A stretch of DNA of 64,000 nt. Source: a bacterium. GTDB lineage: Bacteria; Sysuimicrobiota; Sysuimicrobiia; Sysuimicrobiales; Segetimicrobiaceae. The stretch lies in assembly GCA_035280345.1 (NCBI GenBank), contig DATEGA010000252.1:5836-69835 (forward strand), in the 5' to 3' direction. The notes under the pieces were generated by a model that was given only the letters and a program-made list of their open reading frames with translations, was not told the DNA's origin and searched no databases. Of the stretch, positions 46,239 to 55,132 are shown piece after piece (position 1 is the first letter of the stretch; each line of letters opens with the position of its first letter). Made by a program: the position numbers and the translations under genes.

Positions 46239-47262
46239 CAGCGGGGAATACCTTATCGACGCCGTGGACGAACACCGGCGCATCGCGCAGCGGAATGACG
46301 GTGGTATTGGATCTCGCGCTGATGATGACGAAGCAGAGGAACAGTGAGATGAGCACCACCTGCGAGAAGAGGATGAGGAGAATGCCCAACGCCGATGTCG
46401 CCCAGCCCGGGATGGCGAGGCGTGTGCTCCATCGAAGGACCACGACCGCGACCATAAGCAGAAGCAACAGAACGGCGGACCCGGATGTGACGGCGAGGAG
46501 CCTGACGGCGACGACATCGCCAAAGACCGATATCGCGCTGAGCCCGTGTCCTACCAAGCCGATGAAGTTGAGCCTGGACTTCCCGGCCAGTCGCCGCCCG
46601 CGGCTGAGGGGGATTGCCCGGCAGGGCAGCCGTGCCCGAAACACCGCCGCTGCGTAGTGATTCCATAGCTCCGAAACGATGACCAGACGCGCAAGAATCG
46701 CGGTCGGGATGACGCTGAAGTTGCCGACCTGGACTTTGGTACCCGTCAGCAGCCAGTGAAGGAGCTGGTACCCACGATAGAAAAACTGAAACGCCACCGT
46801 CTCCATTCGTCTGGCGCGCGCCGCGAAAATAATGCTGCTCCGATTCTCCCGCACGCTCTCGCGCAGAAGAACCGCCACATCTTCGGGGCGGTCTTCCCCG
46901 TCCGCATCCATCACGACCACGAACTCGGCAGGGACGTGCTGATAGACGTACACAAGGGCCACGGCGATGGCGCGCTGATGGCCGAGGTTGCGCCGGAGTC
47001 GCAGGATGTCGACTTGTTCGATGCGTTGGAAGTTCCATTCACCGAACCGTGCCGGGAGCGGGGTCGTGGATCCGTCGTCGATGAGCAGAATACGAAGAGG
47101 GGCGGCGAGATCGGCGAGTGCGTTGTCGATGTTGGGCAGCAAGAGACTCGCGGCCGCCCAGTCGTTGAAGACCGGGAGCACGATGGTCACGCTGCCGCGT
47201 ACTGCTCTGGATTCGGAGGGAGCCGGTGCGGCCGCCGATGCCGCCGGAAGCGTGAAACTCAT
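46231..47262 (-). CDS. GT2 polyprenyl-phosphate sugar synthase (GtrB/ArnC/DPM1-like) with C-terminal TM helices
   Basis: VTIVLPVFNDWAAASLLLPNIDNAL...LLIDDGS...VVMDADGEDRPED, plus two C-terminal hydrophobic helices (LLLLMVAVVVL; ILLILFSQVVLISLFLCFVII), as in GtrB/ArnC. Confidence 0.65.
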   Translation of the reverse strand: MSFTLPAASAAAPAPSESRAVRGSVTIVLPVFNDWAAASLLLPNIDNALADLAAPLRILLIDDGSTTPLPARFGEWNFQRIEQVDILRLRRNLGHQRAIAVALVYVYQHVPAEFVVVMDADGEDRPEDVAVLLRESVRENRSSIIFAARARRMETVAFQFFYRGYQLLHWLLTGTKVQVGNFSVIPTAILARLVIVSELWNHYAAAVFRARLPCRAIPLSRGRRLAGKSRLNFIGLVGHGLSAISVFGDVVAVRLLAVTSGSAVLLLLLMVAVVVLRWSTRLAIPGWATSALGILLILFSQVVLISLFLCFVIISARSNTTVIPLRDAPVFVHGVDKVFPADG

Positions 47263-47379
47263 GAGGGGAAGGTGATCCCATTAGCGCGGAGATGACTCCT
47301 CCCGCCGTTCGATCCGTGTGGCGAATCTTTCGAGCGGCGTCCATCCATCCGCGCGGCCACGTTCGCCCGCCATGAGCGT

Positions 47380-48891
47380 TCAGCGCAGCGAATAGACTTC
47401 GATGCCCCCGGCTGCGTATAGCGGCTTTTGACGCGGCACTTCATGTCCCAAAAGCTCGCCGAGGCGCGGCCATTCCTCCTTGTCCCGGACGCTCGTCAGC
47501 AAGAGCGCCGGGCGCTGGTGCCGCAAGAAGTCTGGCAACGTGGTCGATGTTCTCAGCGAACAGGATCTCCGGCCAATACATCCGCGCAGCGCTCCAAACG
47601 CATACTGTATCTCCGGATCCACCGCAAAGTGAGGCCCAATCTCGGGAAAGTAAGTGAAAAGGTATGTTGATCGATACTCCATGTTCGTGAGCAGGACGGC
47701 GTCGGTCCGATAGGGGCCCCGGCGGAGCCACTGCGCGAGCTGCGCGATGTCGGTAGGACGCTGTTGTGTCACGAAGACAGGCGAAAAGGGCGTCTCCGAA
47801 GACACCCGTGTTGCGGCGACCCCACAGGCGACCATCGAGCCGACGGCGACGCAAAACACGGCGGTCGTCGCGGCCCACCGCGGCTTGGCGCGAAGCACCA
47901 ACGGCCAGAAGACAAAAGGCAACGCCAGAGCAAGACTGGCGAGATACAGTCGATCCCACATCCGCGGGCCTCGGAGCAGCGTCAAACCGGCGTCTTCGGC
48001 CCATAGGACGCTCAAGATCGCGAGATAGAGGCCGCGTTCCGGAGTAACATCCCTCCGTGCAATTCGAGACAGTTCCCAAATGACGCCCACGCCGATAAAC
48101 GCCGGTAGCACTCGCTGTATTTGGGTCACGGCGACGTGCCAAATCACCTTGATAGCGGTGGACGACCCCACGGCAGACGATCGAAAGCCGCCCTGGATCG
48201 CGCGTCCGAAACGAAACACGGCGCCCGTAGACACAATGTTCCCCGCGAGCCAGAAGAGGGGAAACGCCAAGAGGATCCCCACGATCGACACCGTCGCCGG
48301 CCAGTGCCGCGTCTTGATGAAGTAGTAGGCCGCAAAGAGGGGGGTCAACGCCCAGACTTCGTACCGGGTCATCTCAGCCAAACATATCAGCGGAAGCGCC
48401 GAAGCGAGATACCACCCTCGCCGCTCGGTGACATCCGCGGCTCTGACCAGCAAGTACGTGCCCGCTGTCAGCTCAAAGAGCGCGCTTGCCTCCGACAGTG
48501 AACTGCTGCTGAGTCCAATGTGTAACGGGAGAGCCGCAAGGATGGAGGTGCTGAGCAGCGCGGTGAGCCTGCCAAAGGTTCGCCTCGTGAGCAGGTAAAA
48601 CGCGAACACCGTTAGCGTTCCCAGCACGAGGTTGAGAATTCTGGTCGAAATCAGGGGATCGCGCACGACGTAGGAGAAGGCGCCGGCTAAGTAAAGAAAG
48701 CCGGGTGGCCAGGTGCCCTCGGTCGCGAAGTACGGCGACCGCGACCACCAGTACGCGAGAAACGCACGGACCGGACCATCCCCCGGCGCGTCACTCCACC
48801 TCACGAGCACGACCAGGCGGACGGCGAACGCAACGGCGACGAGACCGGTTATCGCGAGCCACTCGTATCCGGCCACCCGGGCACGGTGCAC
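47380..48891 (-). CDS. GT-C fold membrane glycosyltransferase (ArnT/PMT_2-like)
   Basis: Polytopic. The N-terminal loop ...WSDAPGDGPVRAFLAYWW... has the same architecture as ArnT/PMT_2. It heads a three-gene minus-strand module. Confidence 0.6.
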   Translation of the reverse strand: MHRARVAGYEWLAITGLVAVAFAVRLVVLVRWSDAPGDGPVRAFLAYWWSRSPYFATEGTWPPGFLYLAGAFSYVVRDPLISTRILNLVLGTLTVFAFYLLTRRTFGRLTALLSTSILAALPLHIGLSSSSLSEASALFELTAGTYLLVRAADVTERRGWYLASALPLICLAEMTRYEVWALTPLFAAYYFIKTRHWPATVSIVGILLAFPLFWLAGNIVSTGAVFRFGRAIQGGFRSSAVGSSTAIKVIWHVAVTQIQRVLPAFIGVGVIWELSRIARRDVTPERGLYLAILSVLWAEDAGLTLLRGPRMWDRLYLASLALALPFVFWPLVLRAKPRWAATTAVFCVAVGSMVACGVAATRVSSETPFSPVFVTQQRPTDIAQLAQWLRRGPYRTDAVLLTNMEYRSTYLFTYFPEIGPHFAVDPEIQYAFGALRGCIGRRSCSLRTSTTLPDFLRHQRPALLLTSVRDKEEWPRLGELLGHEVPRQKPLYAAGGIEVYSLR

Positions 48892-49064
48892 TCGCGCCGC
48901 GGTGGCCGATCCGGCTACCGAACGCGCGGCGATGTCCGTATTTGTCGAAGGCCTGACAGACTTGACGGCTCGCGACCACCAGTGCTTCGACTTCAGGCAC
49001 GCCCAAATATTTCCCCGCCTCCTACGCCGAAAGCACGACGCGGACCTTCAGGCGGCCTCTCCCG
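48892..49064. promoter_or_regulatory. divergent intergenic region between the minus-strand GT-C module and the GH26-like gene
   Basis: 173-bp gap between divergently oriented genes. Confidence 0.25.
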
Positions 49065-50681
49065 TTGCGGAGGCGAGTCGGTGCGCGTTACACTAGCATC
49101 AAGATCTGCGGGTTTCACACTGGCGGTGCCGGCGCAGTGTTCTCTTCTCGCAATCGCGGCAACAACCGTTCTGTTTCCGTCGCCGGTTCCATCCTCGTTG
49201 TCTTGATTGCCCTTGTCGCCTTGCGTTCCCCAGCAGGTCTTTCGCGGCCGGCGCCAACTCACACCATACCTGCGGACGCGTTCCTGGCGCAATTCTACGA
49301 CGACATCACGTTGACGCGGTTGGTTCATACCGAGATCGATCCATACATCTACTTTCCGGATCCTGGGAATTTCATGCCCTGGGGCGCGAATTCCACCCGC
49401 ACTGCCCGTGAGTACTCCGCCAGATGGGAGGGCAATTGGAACTTTCCCACCACGGGTACGTACACGTTTGGCGTTTCCACGAGTAAGGGCATGCGTGTGT
49501 GGATCGACCGGCGTCTTGTTATCGATGAATGGCGCGATCAGCAGGCAACATACAGCGTCGACGTTCACGTCAACGCCGGAAGACACTACATCAAAGTCGA
49601 ATACTACTTCGAGGGCGGCGGTCACGCATATGCGGAGGCCGGATGGGGACTTAAGATCCCGCCTGCTCCTGCAAGAGGTCCGAATCCGGCCGGTACCGCC
49701 GCAACCAAGGCTGCGATTATCGCGTATCTCAACTCTCTACCCCACAGGTCGTCCCAGAAATTGATATCCGGACAACTCGATGACCTCGATTTACCGGGTC
49801 AGGTGACGACGATTTTTCGCAGGACTGGGAAATGGGTCGGCATCGAAAATTTGACGCTCGAGGGAATCCGCAGCTGGTGGAATCTGAGCACGGTGCAACA
49901 ATATGCCACCGATTACTGGGACAGGGGCGGCCTCGTGATGCTCACCGATATGGCTCCCAATCCTGTCCAGGTGCTCGCAGGGAAATGCGGCAGCTCCAAT
50001 CGCTGGGATTGTGGCGGCGGCAGTCTCTCTCCTTACTCTTGGAACGATCTCGTAACGCCGGGCACCGCGATAAATCGTCAGTGGCTCACCGATCTAGACC
50101 GATTTGTCCCTATGCTCACGCAGTTTAAGCGGCATGGCATCGTCGTCTTCTATAGCCTGATGCCGGAGATGACCAGCGGGTGCTGGCAATGGTACAACTG
50201 CAGAGTCTCCGGTGCGCAATTCGTGAATCTGTGGCGGCAAACCTATCAGTATTTGGTCGGTGTCAAAGGCCTCGACAACATCATCTGGGTATGGTCGCCC
50301 AACATGGGTAACTATGATGTGTCGTTCTACCCCGGATCGAATTATGTGGATGTGATGGCCAGCGACGAGTACGCTCGTCCGGCGACGCGCTACATACCGA
50401 ACGATCCCGTCAACTATTCCGCGGAAGCGGCCTTAGGAAAGCCGTATGCGATTGCGAGCAGCGGTCCAGACACCGGCAGCGGTGCCGCGCCGTGCGGGAC
50501 GTACGACTACGCGAAGTGGCTTGCCGGGATGAAATCAAACTTCCCGGAAGCCACGATGTGGCTGCCGTGGGGCGGATGTTACGGCATGCAGGCACAACAA
50601 GGTGTGTCCACAGTTCTCAACGATGCTTGGGTTGTAAACAGGGACGCATTACCCGATTTTACCGGCACAGGTAGGCGGTAA
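49065..50681 (+). CDS. secreted PA14-domain + clan GH-A glycoside hydrolase (GH26 mannanase-like)
   Basis: Signal-like ILVVLIALVALRSPAG. PA14-like YSARWEGNWNFPTTGTYTFGVSTSKGMRVWIDRRLVIDEW...YIKVEYYF. GH26-like FYSLMPEMTSGCWQWY (resembles RP-HEMNG-WFWWG) and IWVWSPN. Confidence 0.5.
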   Translation: MRRRVGARYTSIKICGFHTGGAGAVFSSRNRGNNRSVSVAGSILVVLIALVALRSPAGLSRPAPTHTIPADAFLAQFYDDITLTRLVHTEIDPYIYFPDPGNFMPWGANSTRTAREYSARWEGNWNFPTTGTYTFGVSTSKGMRVWIDRRLVIDEWRDQQATYSVDVHVNAGRHYIKVEYYFEGGGHAYAEAGWGLKIPPAPARGPNPAGTAATKAAIIAYLNSLPHRSSQKLISGQLDDLDLPGQVTTIFRRTGKWVGIENLTLEGIRSWWNLSTVQQYATDYWDRGGLVMLTDMAPNPVQVLAGKCGSSNRWDCGGGSLSPYSWNDLVTPGTAINRQWLTDLDRFVPMLTQFKRHGIVVFYSLMPEMTSGCWQWYNCRVSGAQFVNLWRQTYQYLVGVKGLDNIIWVWSPNMGNYDVSFYPGSNYVDVMASDEYARPATRYIPNDPVNYSAEAALGKPYAIASSGPDTGSGAAPCGTYDYAKWLAGMKSNFPEATMWLPWGGCYGMQAQQGVSTVLNDAWVVNRDALPDFTGTGRR

Positions 50682-51038
50682 ACGGGAGACGGTCTTGCCG
50701 TCCAGCCGAAAGATCCATTCCATCCCTCTTTTGGTGACAGGGCGTGAAGATGTCCCCGGGCAAGCATGTTCGACGATGGACCAAGCGCCGCGTTGGGATA
50801 CTGTGGAGGGGGGCACCGCAGGCGGTTCGGGCGCCTCGCGGGAACGTACCGTCCGGCGGGTGGGCACCCTCGTCGTGATGTTGCGGTCCGTAGATGTGCC
50901 GGGCTACGGTGTCTACCGAGCGTATGAAATGGCGCGTTTGGAACACGGCGTGGCGCAGACTCTTATTAACGACGGCGTGGCGCGGAAGTACCGGGAAGGA
51001 CTGAAGCTGGGTGAAAATGGTAAGGCATAGCGAACCGA

Positions 51039-51340
51039 CATGACCCGGTTGAAAGGGCCTACAACAGACGCATAGTCGCGAGATATCCGCGGGGCGCAGG
51101 TACCATCTCCAAGGGCGCCGGCCTGGGCAAGTCGCTTTTCCTCTGGCTCCTCGTGCTGCTGATCGCAGCGTCGGCCTTCTGGCCTCGAGGGAGTGGGAGT
51201 TTGTACGATTGGGATGAGGCCATCTATGCCCAGGTGGCGAAGGCGATGAACGCCACGGGGGATTGGCTCCGGTCCCAATACGAATACCAAGTGTGGATCG
51301 ACAAACCTCCGCTGCTGATGTGGTCCGCGGCACGCTTGCC
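51039..51340 (+). pseudogene. truncated remnant of an ArnT/PMT_2-like GT-C gene (first TM helix and DE loop only)
   Basis: In-frame translation MTRLREAYNRR...LFLWLLVLLIAASAFWP...LYDWDEAIYAQVAKAMNATGDWL...KPPLLMW reproduces the ArnT N-terminal signature. It then decays into non-hydrophobic sequence and stops. No continuation is found in any frame. Confidence 0.5.
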
Positions 51341-51482
51341 GACAACAGTCAAACGTCTCGTGGTCGTCGGCAACGAACGGGACGGCGGAAATTCAACCCA
51401 GTGCACGTGCCCAGCAGGTCGTCGATCGACGGGCATGCTTACAGTGAAACCGGCAGATCGCCGACGAGAGGAGGCTCGACAA

Positions 51483-52399
51483 TGAAGGAAGAATCGGGCC
51501 GCCTCGGCGCTAAGGCTTACGTGACGGTGTTGAGCACCGATAATTATTTGGAGGGCGTTCTTGTCCTGAACGAGTCGTTGCGCTTGTGCAAATCAAAATA
51601 TGGACTTTATGTTGTGATGGGTAGCAAGGTGCGCAAGTCCGTTCGCGATACGCTGGCCAAGGCAGGCGTGCGAATGATCAACTCGCAGCCTCTCAATATA
51701 CCGGAGCAAATCCGGCTCGCAAACCTAAGTAGTGACCACCATCGTCATTGGGCTGGGGTATTCGAGAAGCTGATTGTCTTTTCGCTGTGTCAATTTCGGA
51801 AGATCGTGTATCTTGACAGTGATCTCCTTGTCATCAAGAACATAGATGAGTTGTTTGACAAGCCCCACATGTCCGCAGTGATAGCCGACATCTATCCCGG
51901 CAATCACAAGTGCGTCTACCTGAACGCAGGCCTCATGGTGATTGAACCCGAGTCGGACCTCACGGACCGGCTCATCGAGCTTCTTCCGAACGCATTTGAA
52001 TCCGAGAAACAGTGGAGGACGGCCGCCGGGCGTCCGGTTAGTATAGGCGTCCAAAGCGTTATTAACATGTTCTGGAGCGAGTGGATTTCAAGAAACGCGT
52101 TGCATCTTGACCACAAGTACAATGTCATGGCCGATCAGGTCGACTACTATCGGAGAGAGCTCGACTGCAAGTGGCGCGGTCCCGACGGTATACACGTCCT
52201 CCACTTTATTGGAGAGGTGAAGCCGTGGATGAGGACCGGGACAGATTTCTTGCGCTCCGCTGGTGGGCTCGTTCTCGATCGCCGGATCGGGGAACTGGCT
52301 GCCCTTATGGCGTATAAGGCGGTGTTGAGAAGCGCACAGCTACGGATCAGATATGTCCATCAGAGGGAGCACAGAGGCTTGAACGTTTTTGAGATCTAG
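51483..52399 (+). CDS. GT8-family glycosyltransferase (glycogenin/LgtC-like), low-GC gene
   Basis: YVTVLSTDNYLEGVLVLNESL (GT8 N-terminal motif), DxD at YLDSDLLV, and HF.G..KPW near the C-terminus. GC about 50% versus about 70% for the flanks. Confidence 0.65.
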
Positions 52400-54063
52400 T
52401 GCCCACCCTCACGCCGGTGTCCAGGTTTCACCGCTCGCATCGTGATCAGGACTTCGTAGTCGGGATCACGGTAGTCCAGGTCCCTCCCGCCGAGTTCCTC
52501 GCTTGCCATTCCGTGGAGGAACGCGACCGCCGCAAGGACATTGCCACAGGCGTGAACGTCGATACTTGCCGGCGGAAACACCTCCTCGAGTAGCCGCCGG
52601 GCCGACCAGGTCGTGAAGCTCCAGTAGTGGCCCCACCGATCCGCGTCCCACCGGCTGATCTGGCTGATTCCTCCAACCGTCCCGAGCAGCACTCCCCCGG
52701 GCTTCAAGATACGGTAAACGGTCCGGAGCGCCGCGCGCGTGTCGTAGATGAATTGCAACGTTTGGGTCAGGATAATGCAGTCGTACGCGTCGGCGGGGAT
52801 GTCGTCGCCGCGGGTCAAGTCCGCCACGATTGTTGCCTTTGGATTATCTGTGCGGATATCGAGTACGTCAGCTACCGCAACGTGGGTTCGTCCGAACTTT
52901 CGCGTGTAGGAGTCGCTGCCGACCTCCAGAACACGCCCGTGGATGTCGGCTTCCCGAGCGGCCAGAAAGCGGTCGATATAGTACCGGTCAATCGGCAGGC
53001 CCCGATCCTTGCCGAAAGCGCGGCTCAGCGGCGTCACCCGCCGCAGGCTTCCGAGACGGACCCAGCCCGCCGGCGGAGTATATTCCTGTCTCTTCCGCCG
53101 GGCCGCCAACCAGTGGTAGGCCGGGGCAGGCAGCGTCCATTGCGCGATGCGTCTTGTCAACCGCCGCATCTCGCCCGGGAGATGCCGTTTGAGCGCGGGG
53201 AACGCGGCGAAGGGATCGGCGAGAACCCCACGCCAAAAGCGGCCGCTTCTCCAGGGCCGCCCGTCGGTGTCCCAGCCCGCTCTCAGTACGTCCAACATCG
53301 CCTGAATCCGGCGGTCCAGTCGCGTTCCCCGTGCCTCAGGATGGCGATCGAGATACCCGCGGACCACCTGCTGCGTCCCTTCCCAGACGGCCGCCATGTT
53401 GCTGGAATTTGAGGCGGCATGCCGGCGATAATATAATGCGACCTCGTCTTCGCCACGCACCCTTCCATGTTCCAGCGCACGTAGCGTAAAGTCCCAGTCC
53501 TGGCAGACCGCAATGGCTGGGTTCCAGTCGCCCGTAGCTTCGACGACCTTCCGCGGAAACAGCAGCGCCTGGATTCTTACGTCGAACCCACCCAGCAAAC
53601 ATGCCATCGTCGCCGACCCGCTGAGCCGGCAGCTCCGTTTGTGCTGCGGACGCAAATCCGAATCGCAGAACATCGTGGCGCCATACGCGATCACGTCGTC
53701 GGTGTTCATAAGGCGCAACAAGCGCGCCGTGCTGTCCTGGTCGAGTACGTCGTCACCGTCGATGAAACGGAGCCGGCTCCCCGTCGACGCGGCAATGCCC
53801 GCATTGCGAGCTCGAGAAAGGCCCCCGTGTTCGATGCGGACGATCCGCAACCGCTCGTCCGTGACTGATCTCAACAGATCCGCCACGGGCTCGGGAGAGC
53901 CATCGTCTACTACGACGAGCTCAACGCGGCAACCGCGTTGCCCGAGGGCGCTTTCGACCGCCTGCCTGAGCCACTCCGGCCGCGGCCGCCAGACGCACAT
54001 GATGAGGCTCACGAGCGAATCCTGACGGCTCTTCGTCTCCAGGACCTTCCGTTGGGCCATCAT
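52396..54063 (-). CDS. bifunctional GT2 glycosyltransferase (N-terminal) - SAM-dependent methyltransferase (C-terminal) fusion
   Basis: N-terminal LVSLIMCVWRPRPEWLRQAVESALGQ...VVVDDGS...FIDGDDVL. C-terminal RVLEVGSDSYTRKFG...YDCIILTQTLQFIYD...LKPGGVLLGTV. Confidence 0.65.
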   Translation of the reverse strand: MMAQRKVLETKSRQDSLVSLIMCVWRPRPEWLRQAVESALGQRGCRVELVVVDDGSPEPVADLLRSVTDERLRIVRIEHGGLSRARNAGIAASTGSRLRFIDGDDVLDQDSTARLLRLMNTDDVIAYGATMFCDSDLRPQHKRSCRLSGSATMACLLGGFDVRIQALLFPRKVVEATGDWNPAIAVCQDWDFTLRALEHGRVRGEDEVALYYRRHAASNSSNMAAVWEGTQQVVRGYLDRHPEARGTRLDRRIQAMLDVLRAGWDTDGRPWRSGRFWRGVLADPFAAFPALKRHLPGEMRRLTRRIAQWTLPAPAYHWLAARRKRQEYTPPAGWVRLGSLRRVTPLSRAFGKDRGLPIDRYYIDRFLAAREADIHGRVLEVGSDSYTRKFGRTHVAVADVLDIRTDNPKATIVADLTRGDDIPADAYDCIILTQTLQFIYDTRAALRTVYRILKPGGVLLGTVGGISQISRWDADRWGHYWSFTTWSARRLLEEVFPPASIDVHACGNVLAAVAFLHGMASEELGGRDLDYRDPDYEVLITMRAVKPGHRREGGH

Positions 54064-54094
54064 CGGAGCCTTCTCGCGCGGCGACTTCTTTATA

Positions 54095-55051
54095 TTAGTT
54101 TCGCGTCAGGAAGTCCCGCAGCGAAACCGCGTACCGCTCCGCGCGTCGTCGTACACGATGAAGGAACGGTTGCCGGTACGGCGATAGCGCCCGTCGAAGC
54201 GCCGCTCGGATCTCGGGGTCGTCGACGCCCTGGTCCGACAAGTAACGTTCAAGCCAGGTCAAGAAGAACAGCCGCGCGGAGTGTTGTTGCCCCGCTTTCT
54301 TCACCCGGGCAACACAGGAGTCCGCGTGCAGCCGGTACCGGTCCCAGCACTCGCCGGCGACGAAGACGGATTCCCGAAGATAGACTTTGGCTAAGAACGC
54401 TCGATCCTCGTAGAGTTGGTAGACGCCTCGAAACGACTCTTCGAATCCCCCGACCCGCTCGATCATGCCCCGACGGCACAACAGGTCCGAAGGGCAGGGG
54501 GTAATCGCCGCGCCCAGCGGCGCGGTGAGTTTCAGGAGGGCGGGCGGTCTCATCAGCACTTCGGTTTGGACGCCAAGCTCCGGTACGTCATCCCGGTGGA
54601 AGTTCTGGGGCTCTCCCGACCAACTGCGCCAGTATTGCGTCGCGCCGTACACCATCGCGGCCTCGCGGTGACGGCCGAGTATCGCCACTTGCTGTGTCAA
54701 CTTCTGCGGCAGCCAGACGTCGTCGGCGTCCAGCAGTGCAATATAGGCCCCCCGGGCGTGACGCACGGCCAGATTGCGGGAGGCGCAGACGCCTCGGTTC
54801 TGCCGGCCGGCGTGCGTAAGGTAGCGGACCCTGCCGGGGTCACGTTCCGCGAATCGTTGCGCCATCTCCGGCGAGGCGTCCGTCGAGCCGTCGTCGACCA
54901 GAAGCAACTCCCAGGTGTCATAGGTTTGGCCGCGTACGCTTTCGACGGCTTCTGCGAGGAACGCTTCGGCATTGAAGAACGGCACGATGACGGAGACAAC
55001 CGGCCGGCTGCCGGCTATTCCACGTTCTGTCTCAGGGCCTACACCCAGCAT
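54095..55051 (-). CDS. GT2 glycosyltransferase
   Basis: VVSVIVPFFNAEAFLAEAVESVRGQTYDTWELLLVDDGSTD...LLDADDVWLPQKL. Confidence 0.7.
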   Translation of the reverse strand: MLGVGPETERGIAGSRPVVSVIVPFFNAEAFLAEAVESVRGQTYDTWELLLVDDGSTDASPEMAQRFAERDPGRVRYLTHAGRQNRGVCASRNLAVRHARGAYIALLDADDVWLPQKLTQQVAILGRHREAAMVYGATQYWRSWSGEPQNFHRDDVPELGVQTEVLMRPPALLKLTAPLGAAITPCPSDLLCRRGMIERVGGFEESFRGVYQLYEDRAFLAKVYLRESVFVAGECWDRYRLHADSCVARVKKAGQQHSARLFFLTWLERYLSDQGVDDPEIRAALRRALSPYRQPFLHRVRRRAERYAVSLRDFLTRN

Positions 55052-55132
55052 CGTGGAACTCCGGTTTCCTCCGACCTCGTCCGGCGCAGCGGTTGTTTCG
55101 TTATCCGACTAAATCCTCTCCTGCGCATGGCG

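Noticed and set aside
50695-51030. 111-aa ORF in the gap between the GH26-like gene and the GT-C remnant
   Set aside because: No motif and atypical composition, and it overlaps minus-strand ORFs of similar length. It is probably non-coding intergenic sequence, so it is not called.
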